The position numbers and the translations under genes were made by a program. DNA of 64,000 nt from Myxococcota bacterium (GTDB lineage: Bacteria; Myxococcota_A; Bradymonadia; UBA4248), in the NCBI GenBank assembly GCA_045599245.1, contig JAZRVP010000077.1:17691-81690 (forward strand), written 5' to 3'. The first letter of the stretch is position 1, and each line of letters begins with the position of its first letter. The notes beneath the pieces are model-generated. The model ran no database searches. It saw nothing but the letters and a program-made list of their open reading frames with translations, and was not told the origin of the DNA. Of this stretch, positions 17,914 through 28,478 are shown piece by piece.

Positions 17914-20900
17914 TTATTTCTCGATGACTTTAAGCCAGTAGAGCTGCTTGTTGGCCGTTGAACCAGCATTATAGTAGTAGAGCTTAACATTCACGTCTGA
18001 TTTATCTTTCGGGAGGGCAATATCCACCGTTTTGCTCCCTGAGGCGGGAACGGTATAAGTGGTGGTGGTGCCGTTTACGTTCGCATCAAGCTTCGTATAG
18101 GAATTTGGATTTGCTCCCTGATTGATACGAAGCAATGCATCTTTGCCGGCGTCTTTTTTGACGCTGATTTCGCTGTAACGATCGGTACCGGGGGTCGTAA
18201 CATTATTCTCGGCATCGGTAAACGAAGCATAACTCGAATTCCAGAAGCCCATAGCTGTCGTAGATGATGGATTGCGTTTAAAGGTTCCTGAACCTGATTG
18301 CGGACGGAATGAGAGATTGGCCGAGTTGAAATCCCAGCCTGCGATGACGGTATCCGTGGAGCCGCTGCGTGACATGATCTGAATGTCGTCTAACGAAAGG
18401 GAGCCGCTGAATTGCGGGTCTGTTGAGTTTTCTCCGTAAACGCGCATAATCAACTCAGAAGAGAGCAGGTTGTTGGCACTCAATGGAATTTCAACATTGT
18501 AATCTACGCCTGGATTAACGTCGCTGATATCAACAACTTTAATCTCTTTGCCATCAAGTAGGAAGCGCAGGGTTTTGGCTGAATCGACATTGCCTCGTCT
18601 AACTTTTAATTTGAAATAGATGTTGCTGTAGTCAATGGTCGAGAACAGGAATCTGATTTGCTTGTTGGCACTTTCCAGATGGGTTTGGCCATAACCTCGG
18701 CCTAAATTGAGCCTGTTGTTGCTTAACGTGACGTTAAATCCCTTGGCATTGAGTGTGTTGACATACGGATTGCCGGATTTGTTTTTCTGCGTGTTGGCAT
18801 CATACCAGATGTCGCTAAATGTCAAATCCATATATTTCTTTTTGCATGCACCGGCTGATGAATTGCAGATTTCGTCTTCATTGCATTCTTTGATGAACGT
18901 GTAAACACCGCTCTTGCACTGCTGAACCTGGCGTTCGCCATCTCCGGTGCAGCGGTAACCACTGCCGCTGCAGGTCACTTTTTTGCCCATCAGGCTAATC
19001 TTTCTAAAGCTGATGGTGCCGTTGCCCTGGCTTGCTTTGTAAGGGTTGATGCGCATTTCAACGATATTTTTGTCGTCAAGTTTGTCGCCGAGATCGATGA
19101 TATTGGGAACCCATGACCCCTGGGTATCAAGAGTCAGTGTTGTTGAATAGGCAACTTCCGGCAGGTTATTGACGTAGAAATCGATCTGAACTTTGGTAGG
19201 ACCATTGTCATTTCGATTGGTTTCGAGATAGAGCTTGACGCCTTTATAGCCCGATGCTGTGGTATCAAATCGAATATAAGTGTCGGGATTAACTTCGGTC
19301 ATGTTGCGCGTCGTGACCTGGACGAGACCTTCGTTCTTTGTGCTCGTCAATCCTGAGAAATAGACCGGCATGGCAACGGTCGTCAATTTGCCGAGGCCGT
19401 AGGATGCATTGGAACTCACAACGGGGACTGTGTTTTTCCACTGTGTCAGCGTGCGTTTTGAGCCGAGATAAGTGGCCTGCAGGTTGATGTTGCCAAATCG
19501 GCCACAATAAGTTCCCGTGTTGCCGTAGAGCAGGATATCGATTTTGTCGCCGTCCTTTGCACTCGCAAGGGATTGCTCAATTGTATACGATTGGGCATTG
19601 GGCATATCGAAGACATTGCCGAGATTTTTTCCGTTGAGGCGAATCTGAGCTTTATTGCAGCTGTTGTTTGTTTGATAGGGGTTGAAGGTAAAGATCAGGG
19701 TAGGATTCGTAGCGGTCGGATAGGGGTTGCGATAGGTAAACTCAAAACCGTTGTTTTCGTTCAGTGTGGTTGATTTCGCAGTGGGATAGATTTCCGTGAT
19801 ATTGCCGGTCGTTCTGTAAACGTTAATGCCTTTTTTGGGGGAAATCGACTCGGTTTCATTATTAGAATGCCAGGAGGCATTGTCCATGTACCAGGAGACA
19901 AAGACGTCGAGACAGGCACCGCTTTCGGCATGACAATAGGTCTTGGCCGGACACGTTTGAACGGGTGTCCATTTGTGCGTTGTCGCATCGCATTGTTCGA
20001 GTGTTGCGCTGTTGGCACCGTTGCAGCGATATGTGTCAGTGGCTGGTTTACAGGTGTTTTCGTTTTCGCGGCATTCTGCGACTGTGATGTCGTTGATATC
20101 TTTGGTTTGGCTGCAGACAAATCCAGCCTGACATTTCAGATTACGGTCCCATTCGCCGTTGGTGCATGTGCGGTATTCGTTTTCTGTTCCGGGGATGCAT
20201 TCAGACTGACCTGTTTCACATTCACGGCAACGCGTGCCATCCAGACATTTGAGGCCGCCGGGGCAAGTTACGCCTTCATTCCACGCACCTGTTACGCATG
20301 TTTTCAGGACGCCGTCTTCACATTTTTTCTGTTCGTTCGTGCACATACCGCAGCTTTTGCCATCTTCACGGCAGCTGTAGCCTGATGGGCAATATTCGCC
20401 TTCATCCCATTCCGTGTTGACGCAGGAATACTGCTTGTCGATGTCACATTTCTTTGCACCTTCATTGCAGGTCAGGCACATCGTGCCTTCAGCATTACAG
20501 GATGCGTTGTCGGGACAAGCCGTGGGTTCGGTCCACATACCGTCTTCGCAGACGGATTCCATGCCGTCTTCGCATTTGTGCGTACCGGATGCGCATTCAT
20601 TACAAGACATGGCGTCTTTACAGACGATGCTTTCGCCGCAGAATTCAGGTTCCGACCAGAAGTGGTCAACACATCGGTAAATCGCGCCGTCTTCGCATTT
20701 GATTTCTTCGGTGTCGTCACCAGTGTTATCGCCGTCGCCGTCACCCGTGTCATCGCCGTCGCCGGTGCCATCACCATCACCTGTGCCGTCGCCGTCGTCT
20801 GCTCCAGAGTTATTATTGTCGCCGTCGCCGGTATTTTCACCGTCACCGGTATTTTCACCGTTGCCGGTATTGTCGCCGTCGCCGGTATTGTCGCCGTCGC

Positions 20901-21894
20901 CGGTATTGTCGCCGTCGCCGGTATTGTCGCCGTCGCCGGTATTGTCGCCGGTATCGGTTTTAATGAGTGATTCGCCGCACTGTGCACAGCCTCTGCCCTC
21001 GATGCACCCGAGGACGCAGACTTCGCCGTCTTCTTCCCATTCGTTACCTACGCATTTCTGCATGTAGCTTTCTTCGACGGTTGTTTCATCGCCGGTTTCG
21101 GGATCAGTTTTGGTAACGGTTCGGGTGCTGCATTTGATGGTGCCTTCGATACAGGCAATGCATCCCTTGGTGTCGTCACAGTTGTTATCACATGCCGTGC
21201 CTTCGTCCCATTCGCCGCTCACGCAGGTGTGAAAGACGTTGTCTTCGTCACATTTTGTGGCGTTTTCAGTGCAGACGCAGCCTTTGGCGTCGTCGCACGC
21301 TTCTTCACATGTGATGCTGTCACTCCATTTGCCGTCCGAACATGCATAATATTTATAGCCATCTGTGTCGTCATCAAGAGTTACGGCTTCGCATTTGCCG
21401 CCGTCTTTGCACTCAAGGCAGCCCTTGGCATCGTCACAAATTCCGGCTTCGCATTTCGTGCCTTCATCCCATTTGCCGTCGTCGGTGCAAGTCTTGAAAA
21501 TGACGCTGTCGTCAGCCTGTTTGTCACATTTTTTCTGACCAGCTTCGCAGTCTTTCTTGGGGGTGTCCTCTGCTTTTTCTTTGCAGCTGCTCGAGTCGAT
21601 TATGCAGGAAGTACTGCATTTGAGGGCATCGCCGTCCATGTTGAGATCCGAACAGGTCTTTTTATCCGAAAAGGCTGCGGCGCCATCGACCATGTCGCAT
21701 TCTTCGCCGGCATCCAGAACGCCGTTTCCGCACAACGCAACGCATTCACCATTCACACACTGTTCAAGTGTCGAGTTGCATTCGGGATTACAAACATCTG
21801 TGTCTTCCGCCTTTTTGCCTGAATCATCGCCGCATGCGGCAAATGTTGCGGATGACAAAATACACGCCACAGCTAACCAATACTTGGCTTTCAT
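17914..21894 (-). CDS. giant Cys-rich lipoprotein (1326 aa): N-terminal Cys modules, NTGDGD repeat, C-terminal beta-rich region ending in WDF-domain
   Basis: Start re-assigned to MKAKYWLAVACILSSATFAA|CGDD (AAAGGA RBS). Repeated 'C(D/E)DGxW(D/S)EGTxC' modules. (NTGDGD)n. About 750-aa C-terminal region with no motif I recognise. Confidence 0.8.
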   Translation of the reverse strand: MKAKYWLAVACILSSATFAACGDDSGKKAEDTDVCNPECNSTLEQCVNGECVALCGNGVLDAGEECDMVDGAAAFSDKKTCSDLNMDGDALKCSTSCIIDSSSCKEKAEDTPKKDCEAGQKKCDKQADDSVIFKTCTDDGKWDEGTKCEAGICDDAKGCLECKDGGKCEAVTLDDDTDGYKYYACSDGKWSDSITCEEACDDAKGCVCTENATKCDEDNVFHTCVSGEWDEGTACDNNCDDTKGCIACIEGTIKCSTRTVTKTDPETGDETTVEESYMQKCVGNEWEEDGEVCVLGCIEGRGCAQCGESLIKTDTGDNTGDGDNTGDGDNTGDGDNTGDGDNTGNGENTGDGENTGDGDNNNSGADDGDGTGDGDGTGDGDDTGDGDGDNTGDDTEEIKCEDGAIYRCVDHFWSEPEFCGESIVCKDAMSCNECASGTHKCEDGMESVCEDGMWTEPTACPDNASCNAEGTMCLTCNEGAKKCDIDKQYSCVNTEWDEGEYCPSGYSCREDGKSCGMCTNEQKKCEDGVLKTCVTGAWNEGVTCPGGLKCLDGTRCRECETGQSECIPGTENEYRTCTNGEWDRNLKCQAGFVCSQTKDINDITVAECRENENTCKPATDTYRCNGANSATLEQCDATTHKWTPVQTCPAKTYCHAESGACLDVFVSWYMDNASWHSNNETESISPKKGINVYRTTGNITEIYPTAKSTTLNENNGFEFTYRNPYPTATNPTLIFTFNPYQTNNSCNKAQIRLNGKNLGNVFDMPNAQSYTIEQSLASAKDGDKIDILLYGNTGTYCGRFGNINLQATYLGSKRTLTQWKNTVPVVSSNASYGLGKLTTVAMPVYFSGLTSTKNEGLVQVTTRNMTEVNPDTYIRFDTTASGYKGVKLYLETNRNDNGPTKVQIDFYVNNLPEVAYSTTLTLDTQGSWVPNIIDLGDKLDDKNIVEMRINPYKASQGNGTISFRKISLMGKKVTCSGSGYRCTGDGERQVQQCKSGVYTFIKECNEDEICNSSAGACKKKYMDLTFSDIWYDANTQKNKSGNPYVNTLNAKGFNVTLSNNRLNLGRGYGQTHLESANKQIRFLFSTIDYSNIYFKLKVRRGNVDSAKTLRFLLDGKEIKVVDISDVNPGVDYNVEIPLSANNLLSSELIMRVYGENSTDPQFSGSLSLDDIQIMSRSGSTDTVIAGWDFNSANLSFRPQSGSGTFKRNPSSTTAMGFWNSSYASFTDAENNVTTPGTDRYSEISVKKDAGKDALLRINQGANPNSYTKLDANVNGTTTTYTVPASGSKTVDIALPKDKSDVNVKLYYYNAGSTANKQLYWLKVIEK
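20700..20960. repeat. 18-nt in-frame tandem repeat (about 14 copies, encodes NTGDGD) in CDS 17914-21894
   Basis: ggtattgtcgccgtcgcc units. They generate the spurious antisense ORFs listed at 20472-21067. Confidence 0.85.
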
Positions 21895-22059
21895 TCCTTT
21901 CACTCCTTTTCTTTTTGAACGGAAAAACGCTCGCGACTGTCGCGTCACGGTTGTTTAAAAATTTGAAAATATCTAAACGTTTTTGATTTTAAGAGATTTG
22001 GAGCAATTCTTCAATCATAATTGTTAAAATGAGTTTATATGATTTCAAATGAAACTAAT

Positions 22060-22150
22060 GTTGGCGTGTCTATTGCCTACGGCAATACGCCACTGCCTTC
22101 GGCCTATGCGTCTATCGCCGCATACGGCCTTCGAAGTCGTTTTTTTACTC
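22060..22150. repeat. REP-like hairpin array
   Basis: gtctattgcctacggcaatacgcc and ctatgcgtctatcgccgcatacgg. Confidence 0.55.
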
Positions 22151-22267
22151 GCCAATGCAATTATATGATTGTACATATCTTTTTGTAATAATTTGATACA
22201 ATGATTAAAAATTTAATAATCTTATATACAAATTTAATAAGAAAGATCTGAATAAAACGATAGTTTG

Positions 22268-22400
22268 AGGCAGAATGAGAGCCGGGGGGACCCCGGCGAG
22301 GAACAATTGATAGGCATCCTCTAAAATAACAATTGCTCAGACTTCCTTAATGAGGAGAGCCGGGGCCAGCAAGGTTCCCTGGTCGTTTGATGGTTGAAAT
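22268..22400. repeat. conserved intergenic element, degenerate copy (motif 1 plus a motif-2-like part)
   Basis: ccccggcgaggaacaattgataggcatcctctaaaata... shares the CCCCGGCGAGGAACAA..ATAGGCA.CTC.AAAA core with 51722-51760. It lies between a divergent giant-lipoprotein gene and a lipoprotein gene. Confidence 0.45.
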
Positions 22401-22484
22401 CATACGATGATTTGCCTATATGCCCTGTGTCTTGTTGCTGGCATTCTGAAGCATTTTCTACCGGTAAACATGGAGAGAAACATA

Positions 22485-23627
22485 ATGAAGAAAATTGCTT
22501 TTTGGACTTTAGCTGCTCTGATGACTGTAGCTTTTGCGGGGTGTGATGATGATAATGACAGTGGCGGCAAGAAAGCTGTCAACGGTTCGGTTTGCTCCAT
22601 AAATGATGATTGCATCAGTGATTATTGCGATGCAGCAACTCACGTGTGTGCAGTCAAACCCGTTGTTGAAAGCAAAAAGGCGAATGGCGTTTCCTGTACG
22701 AGTGCGGCCGAATGCGAAAGTGACTATTGCGATGCCGTCAGCCATGTTTGTGCGGTCAACCCCGTCGTTGAAAGCAAAAAGGCAAATGGAGTTTCCTGCA
22801 CGAGTGCCGCCGAATGCGAAAGCGATTACTGTGATGCAGCAACTCACGTTTGTGCAGTCAAACCTGTAGTAGAAAGCAAAAAGGCAAATGGCGTTTCCTG
22901 TACGAGTGCGGCCGAATGCGAAAGTGACTATTGCGATGCCGTCAGCCATGTTTGTGCGGTCAAACCCGTAGAAGAAAGCAAAAAGGCGGATGGCGTTTCC
23001 TGTACGAGTGCGGCCGAATGCGAAAGTGACTATTGCGATGCCGCAACTCAAAAGTGTGCGTCTCAACCGGTTTCTGATTTAGATGCGGATTTGGTTTCTA
23101 AAGTTGAAGAGTTTTGCGGCACCGGTACGACGGAAGAAGAAAAAACAGATTGTATTCATGATTGGAAAGAATATTTAATCAAAGCAAAAGAAAAAACGGC
23201 TGATTGTTATGATAAAATCGATGCAATATTCCAATGTTATTATCAGCACAAAGAGATGAATGATACTGAATTAAATGTTGCTTGTAAGACTGAATCTAAA
23301 GCTTCAGCACTTTGCATTAGAACGAATTATTATGATGTGTATTATATGAATCAAAATCAAGATTATTGCGAGTTTGATGCGATACTAGATAAGGACGAAA
23401 AGAATTATAGTTCAGTTTCTGAATGTATGGCGGCAGGTGAGGCTGAACTCAAGAGGAATAAAGAAACTCTTTCGAAATGTTATGATTTATGGAAAGAAAG
23501 CAATATCTGCTGGGATGATTGTTTGGATGAAACAGCCCTTACGGATGAAGTACGCGATTGCAATGACTGCAACAGTTTGATGGAAGTGCATAGCGCGTGT
23601 TTGGAAACAAACTATCCGGCAGAATAA
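22485..23627 (+). CDS. lipoprotein with 4-5 tandem 38-aa Cys repeats and C-terminal Cys-rich domain
   Basis: MKKIAFWTLAALMTVAFAG|CDDDNDSGGKK. Repeats 'NGVSCTSAAECESDYCDA(V/A)(S/T)HVCAVKPVVESKKA'. Confidence 0.75.
   Translation: MKKIAFWTLAALMTVAFAGCDDDNDSGGKKAVNGSVCSINDDCISDYCDAATHVCAVKPVVESKKANGVSCTSAAECESDYCDAVSHVCAVNPVVESKKANGVSCTSAAECESDYCDAATHVCAVKPVVESKKANGVSCTSAAECESDYCDAVSHVCAVKPVEESKKADGVSCTSAAECESDYCDAATQKCASQPVSDLDADLVSKVEEFCGTGTTEEEKTDCIHDWKEYLIKAKEKTADCYDKIDAIFQCYYQHKEMNDTELNVACKTESKASALCIRTNYYDVYYMNQNQDYCEFDAILDKDEKNYSSVSECMAAGEAELKRNKETLSKCYDLWKESNICWDDCLDETALTDEVRDCNDCNSLMEVHSACLETNYPAE
22590..23060. repeat. 114-nt in-frame tandem repeat (about 4 copies) in CDS 22485-23627
   Basis: Near-identical DNA copies. 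They generate the antisense ORF listed at 22509-23066. Confidence 0.85.
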
Positions 23628-23689
23628 TTACGAAATGAGTATGTAACGTTGCGAATAGCTGTCTTTCAAAGGAAGAAACCGTGTGGCTG

Positions 23690-23722
23690 AGTGTTTTCGC
23701 CATCCTGTGAATGGCGAAAACA
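23690..23722. terminator. bidirectional terminator-like hairpin between convergent genes
   Basis: gttttcgccatcctgtgaatggcgaaaac. Confidence 0.5.
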
Positions 23723-23750
23723 ACAGAGGACTGCGAGTAATAGACGGGAA

Positions 23751-26273
23751 TTATTCACTTTTAAGCCAGGCCAGTGTGACGCCGTCTCCGCCTTCGTAAT
23801 ACTGTCCGGGGCGCGTCGTTTGAACGAGCGGAGAACGGGATAAATACTGGCGAACACAGTTTTTGAGGACGCCTGTTCCGTGGCCGTGAATGATGTAACA
23901 CATGGCCTGTTCCCTCACTTTCATGCTTTGCAGGAAAAATTCCGTTCTTTCAATGGCATCCTCGCTTGTGAGGCCCCTCAGATCGAGTGTGTTGTCGGTG
24001 ATTTGCGCCATGATTGGGAGTTGAGTCGTTTCATCGACGAGCGTACAGTTTTCGTGTTTGACCTCGATAATTTTTGCGTTTTTGATTCGTTTTTGTCGCG
24101 CCGTCGGTTCGGGCTGTGTTTCGACAAGCGGATGACCGAGATCAGAAATGAGGGCGTGAACCTGGAGAATGCCGAGCTGAAGTGTGACATGGTTTCCGGA
24201 ACGCGCCAGAACCGTTGCATTTCGGTGATATTGACGAATTTGAACCAATTTTCCGATGGAGATTTCGCGTTCGTTGAGGGCATCGAATGGGGGCGCGGTC
24301 AGTTCGGTGACAGCCGACTGTTCTTTTCGGGATTCAGCCTCGAGATCGGACATTTCACGATCGATAGCTTCCTGGGTTTCGGTCTCGTGACGGAATTCCG
24401 GCGTAAAAGTTTTACGTCGTAGTTTGTTGACGCGAGCTTTAATGCGTTTGATGTTTTCCTGAACACTTTCGATATCATGGCCGAGTGCTTTTGCGACCTG
24501 GGCTCGCATTTTTTCACGCAGTTCTTCGACCTGAGCTTTTTCTTCATTGAGATCAGCCTGGGTTTGGGCAACCATGAGACGGGCATCTTCAAGTCGGACT
24601 CGCTGCTGTTCGAGGGAGGCAATGGCATTTTCGAGGTTGCTTGTGGCCTTGGAATCGTATTGAGCGCGGGCATCGTCCAGAACGTTTGCCGGGAGACCGT
24701 GTTGAGCGGCGATTTCAAAGGCGGCACTGGTTCCGGGATGGCCGATTTGGAGATGATAGGTTGGGCGCATGAGTTCGAGATCGAAGCTGACGCTGCCGGA
24801 AGCGATCCATTCATGATCGAGAGCGAAGGCTTTGACATTTTCGAAATGCGTCGTGATGAAAGACGTTGCACCGATTTGATAGAGGTGCCGTGTGAGCGCG
24901 ATGACAAGCGGAGATGCGTGCTCTGGATCGGTTCCGGAAAAGGGCTCATCGAGGAGGAACAGCGAATGATCGCCTGCGTCGTGCAGCCCTTTTGAGAGGC
25001 TTTGAACGTGTGCTGAGAAGGTCGAGATGTTCTGTGCAATGGACTGATCGTCGCCGATATCGGCGAAGACGTGTGAAAAGACGGGGAAGCACGATGAAGC
25101 ACCGGCGGAAATGGGCATTCCGGCGCGAATCATGAGTGCAAAGAGACCAACGGTTTTGAGATTGACGGTTTTTCCGCCGGCATTTGCACCGCTGATGACG
25201 AATGTATGAGCCGGATCGTGAAGCATGATGTCGTTTGGTACGACGAGGTTGGCGGCGTCTTCGAAGTGTCGAATGGCGAGCAGTGGATGTCTTGCCTGAT
25301 AGAGCTCGATTTCGCGATCGCTCAGGTCGGGGATGTGGCAGTTCGTATCGATGGCGAATTTGGCGATGGCGTCTTCGCAATCGAGGTAGAGACAGCGTCT
25401 CGTGTTTGCCAGGAAGGCTTCGCGGTGAGTGCCGACCATAGACGAGAGCATTTGCAGGATGCGCTGTTCTTCGGTTTCGATGCCGAAATCGGAGATTCTG
25501 AGAGCGTTGTTGAGTTCGACGAGTTCAGCGGGTTCGACGAAAACGGTCTGACCGGAAGCACTCGTGGCGTGAACGATGCCATCGACGCGGCTCTTTGACG
25601 AAGCCTTGACGGGCAGGACGTATCGGCCTTCTCTCTGGGTGTAATAATTATCCTGAATGAGCTCCTGGATGTCGGGAGAAGAGAGTTTTGCTTCGATACG
25701 TGTGCGCAGACTCTCGGCGAGTCGGCGGGAGCGCTCGCGAAGACGGGCGAGTTCCGGAGAGGCATTGTCGACGAGATTGCCGTCGGGATCGAAAGAGGCT
25801 TTGAGGCGGCGTTCGAGATCTCTCTGGCATTCGATGTCCTGAACGTAATCCCACAGTAGTGGCAGATCGAGTTTTCGGACGGAAAAATATTGATAGACGG
25901 CGTGAAATGTGCCGAGCGTCGAGGCAATTTTGAGAAGTTCTTCACCGCTCAGGACGGAGCCCCGTTCCGCCCTCATGAGCATATCGTCGAGGTCAGATAC
26001 CTGGATGGAGACGACGGGATCGCATTCGTCATAGCGTTCAATGAGCTGCGCGATCTCCGCATGTCTTCTGGCGATGAGCAGTTCATCGGTCATCAGGGGC
26101 ATGTTCATGATGAGATCGTGAGACATTGCGCTGTGGGTACGCAGTGCGATGGCACTGAGCAGGTCCGGCCAGTCGAGATTTTCGTAGCGCGGGAGATCGG
26201 TCTGTTGATGAACGAAAGTCTGAAGAAGAGCTTCAGGGTTTACATTTTGGATGTCTAAATTTGAATATCGCAT
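23751..26273 (-). CDS. mutS2: endonuclease MutS2 (MutS domain V ATPase plus C-terminal Smr domain)
   Basis: Walker A 'GANAGGKTVNLKTVG'. 'FLLDEPFSGTDP'. C-terminal Smr 'LDLRGLTSEDAIERTEFFLQ..YIIHGHGTGVLK'. Confidence 0.9.
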   Translation of the reverse strand: MRYSNLDIQNVNPEALLQTFVHQQTDLPRYENLDWPDLLSAIALRTHSAMSHDLIMNMPLMTDELLIARRHAEIAQLIERYDECDPVVSIQVSDLDDMLMRAERGSVLSGEELLKIASTLGTFHAVYQYFSVRKLDLPLLWDYVQDIECQRDLERRLKASFDPDGNLVDNASPELARLRERSRRLAESLRTRIEAKLSSPDIQELIQDNYYTQREGRYVLPVKASSKSRVDGIVHATSASGQTVFVEPAELVELNNALRISDFGIETEEQRILQMLSSMVGTHREAFLANTRRCLYLDCEDAIAKFAIDTNCHIPDLSDREIELYQARHPLLAIRHFEDAANLVVPNDIMLHDPAHTFVISGANAGGKTVNLKTVGLFALMIRAGMPISAGASSCFPVFSHVFADIGDDQSIAQNISTFSAHVQSLSKGLHDAGDHSLFLLDEPFSGTDPEHASPLVIALTRHLYQIGATSFITTHFENVKAFALDHEWIASGSVSFDLELMRPTYHLQIGHPGTSAAFEIAAQHGLPANVLDDARAQYDSKATSNLENAIASLEQQRVRLEDARLMVAQTQADLNEEKAQVEELREKMRAQVAKALGHDIESVQENIKRIKARVNKLRRKTFTPEFRHETETQEAIDREMSDLEAESRKEQSAVTELTAPPFDALNEREISIGKLVQIRQYHRNATVLARSGNHVTLQLGILQVHALISDLGHPLVETQPEPTARQKRIKNAKIIEVKHENCTLVDETTQLPIMAQITDNTLDLRGLTSEDAIERTEFFLQSMKVREQAMCYIIHGHGTGVLKNCVRQYLSRSPLVQTTRPGQYYEGGDGVTLAWLKSE

Positions 26274-26302
26274 ATATGAAGAGTACGAAAGCGCAGGAAA
26301 AA

Positions 26303-27865
26303 TTAAGGATTGATGAAGGAGAGTGCGGCATTGAGGCCGTCCAGTGCGCAGCTGGTGATGCCGCCGGCGTAACCGGCGCCTTCGCCGATGGGATAGAGAC
26401 GTTTGACGTTGACGGCTTCGAAGTTGTCGTTTCTGAGAATACGAACGGGAGAGCTGGTTCTGGATTCGACGCCGATAAAGTTGGCGTCTTTAGTGACGAA
26501 ACCGTGCATCTGTTGATCGAAGATAGGAAGTGCGACTTTGAGTGCCTGACACAATTTTTTAGGCAGGACGGCGTTAAGATTAGCGGGCTGAGTGCCGGGA
26601 GAATAGGTCGTTTTTGGTGAAACGGAGGGTGTTTTTCCGGCGATGAAGTCGAGCATGGGCTGAACGGGGGCGAAAGCCGGAGGGCAGTTGATTGCGGCTT
26701 TTGTTTCGAGGGTTCGAATCCACTGCAGGCCGCCGAGAGGGCCTTTGGGGAACAAGTCGGTATCGACCTGAACGACGAGTGCTGCATTGGCGTAGTGACC
26801 GTTTCGATGGCTGCCGCTCATGCCGTTGACGACGCGGGTATTTTGTGTCGTCTGCGAGGGAACCACGGTGCCGCCGGGGCACATGCAGAAGGAGAAGACG
26901 CTTGGTAGCGTGTCGTGATTGAAACGCACGGCATATTCTGCGGGCGGCAGGAGAGGATTTCGGGCAAATTTTCCGTACTGAATCTCGTTGATGAGAGCCT
27001 GCGGGTGTTCGACGCGCACGCCGACGGCAAGCGGCTTTGGTTCCATGGCAACGCCGCGTTTGTTGAGCGCATTGAAGACGTCGTCGGCACTGTGTCCGAC
27101 CGAGAGAAAGACGGCATCAAAGGGCATCGTATCGCCGTTGACAATGATTCCTTTGCAGACCCCGTCACGGATATCGAAGTCTTCGACGCGCGTTTCAAAG
27201 TGGTAAATGATGCCTTTTGATTCGAGCCATTTTCGCATTTGAGCGAGCAGCGGGGCGAGTTTGTCCGTTCCGATATGGGGGTGTGCTTCGTAGCGAATCG
27301 AAGCCTCTGCGCCGAACTGAACGAACCTGTCGAGGATGAGTGGAATGTACTGTGACTTCGTTCGAGTCATGAGTTTCCCGTCAGAATATGTTCCCGCGCC
27401 GCCCTCGCCGAAGCAGATATTGCTTTCGGTGTTGAGAACTGCGTTGTGCATGAGGCCGGCGATGTCTTTTGAACGGAGGTTGACGGGTTTTCCTCGTTCA
27501 AAGATTTCGACTTTGAAGCCGGCTTCAGCGAAAGTCATGGCAGCAAAGAGACCGGAAGGGCCGGCGCCGACGATGGCGACATGGGGCGGCGTTTCCCGTT
27601 TTGTAAAATAGGGAAGTTTGATGGCGGGCCCGGGGCGCAAACAGCCTTTGTTTTCGAGCTGCCGGATGAGCGACGGATCAGAGGCTATCTCGAGATCGAG
27701 AATGGCCTGAAATTTTGGCTGTTTTTTGCGAACATCAAGGCTTTTCTTGAAGAAATTCCAGTCGAGGACGGCGGATTTGGGAATGCCGAGTTGTCTCGAT
27801 GCGGAGCCGAGGAAATCTTTGGCTTCTTCGAGGGAGAAAAAGAGCTGAGGCGTATGTAAATGCAT
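26303..27865 (-). CDS. FAD-dependent oxidoreductase (COG2509-like)
   Basis: Rossmann motif 'VAIVGAGPSGLFAAMTFAEAGFKVEIFERG'. About 520 aa. 30 nt upstream of mutS2 on the same strand, suggesting an operon. Confidence 0.7.
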   Translation of the reverse strand: MHLHTPQLFFSLEEAKDFLGSASRQLGIPKSAVLDWNFFKKSLDVRKKQPKFQAILDLEIASDPSLIRQLENKGCLRPGPAIKLPYFTKRETPPHVAIVGAGPSGLFAAMTFAEAGFKVEIFERGKPVNLRSKDIAGLMHNAVLNTESNICFGEGGAGTYSDGKLMTRTKSQYIPLILDRFVQFGAEASIRYEAHPHIGTDKLAPLLAQMRKWLESKGIIYHFETRVEDFDIRDGVCKGIIVNGDTMPFDAVFLSVGHSADDVFNALNKRGVAMEPKPLAVGVRVEHPQALINEIQYGKFARNPLLPPAEYAVRFNHDTLPSVFSFCMCPGGTVVPSQTTQNTRVVNGMSGSHRNGHYANAALVVQVDTDLFPKGPLGGLQWIRTLETKAAINCPPAFAPVQPMLDFIAGKTPSVSPKTTYSPGTQPANLNAVLPKKLCQALKVALPIFDQQMHGFVTKDANFIGVESRTSSPVRILRNDNFEAVNVKRLYPIGEGAGYAGGITSCALDGLNAALSFINP

Positions 27866-27984
27866 AGGACAATATCAGTAAAAAAGAGGGAATTGCCGGA
27901 AAAATCGGCGGGCAAAAAAACGGCGGGTTTGTAGCACAAATGGCGGGGATTAGCCAGAAGAGAGACGCACGACGGATGGTGTGT

Positions 27985-28035
27985 TGGGGGGCGGCTATTG
28001 TCATACGCCGCCGGCCGCTCGCTATTCGGCCGGTG
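27985..28035. repeat. REP-like hairpins
   Basis: ggctattgtcatacgccgcc and ctattcggccggtgggccgaatac. Confidence 0.5.
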
Positions 28036-28189
28036 GGCCGAATACACGAGCGGGAAGTTTATGGTGGATGCAGATTCGTGCCTGAAAAGGAACCGGAAAT
28101 GATGTCGTGATCGCGTTTGAAATTCTCACGATTTCTGCATAAAACCATGACTTTCGGAATGGAAATTGAACCGTGTGAAAGAAAAAAGC

Positions 28190-28292
28190 ACCCACTCGCG
28201 TATTGCGGCAAGCAATAGCGAGTGGGGAGGCGGCGTATTGAGCGCAAGCGAGAAGCCGCCTGACGCGGGCGTATGGCAAAGCCATAGCCGGC
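28190..28292. repeat. REP-like hairpin array (3-4 units)
   Basis: gcgtattgcggcaagcaatagc, ggcgtattgagcgcaagcg.. and ggcgtatggcaaagccatagcc. Confidence 0.65.
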
Positions 28293-28478
28293 GCACCAAA
28301 TAAGGATTCAAGTGTTTTAGATGATTGATGAAACAAACTGAAATATATCATAAAATGATATAAATGAACAAATATAGCGATACAATATATATATCAATAA
28401 AAGTTTGGTTGGATTGATACTGCACTTTTAAATTAAAATGTTTGGTTTTGTGTTTTGTCCAAAGCAAAAGGAGAAGAT

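Noticed and set aside
20472-21067. Three long ORFs from the track (171, 130 and 122 aa) with PATATI/VAGIVA/SPSPV repeats
   Set aside because: They are out-of-frame or antisense shadows of the 18-nt NTGDGD tandem repeat inside CDS 17914-21894. Low-complexity periodic translation, no start context.
22509-23066. 185-aa antisense ORF
   Set aside because: Shadow of the 114-nt tandem repeat in lipoprotein gene 22485-23627.
24299-25945. Several ORFs of 100-270 aa antisense to or out of frame with mutS2 (24299-25102, 24946-25380, 25322-25945 and others)
   Set aside because: GC-rich shadow ORFs inside the confidently identified MutS2 gene. Arg/Ser-rich nonsense composition.
26690-26710. GGTTCGAATCC tRNA T-loop-like motif
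   Set aside because: It lies inside the FAD-oxidoreductase CDS. The flanks cannot form T- or acceptor stems. No tRNA cloverleaf found anywhere in the window.
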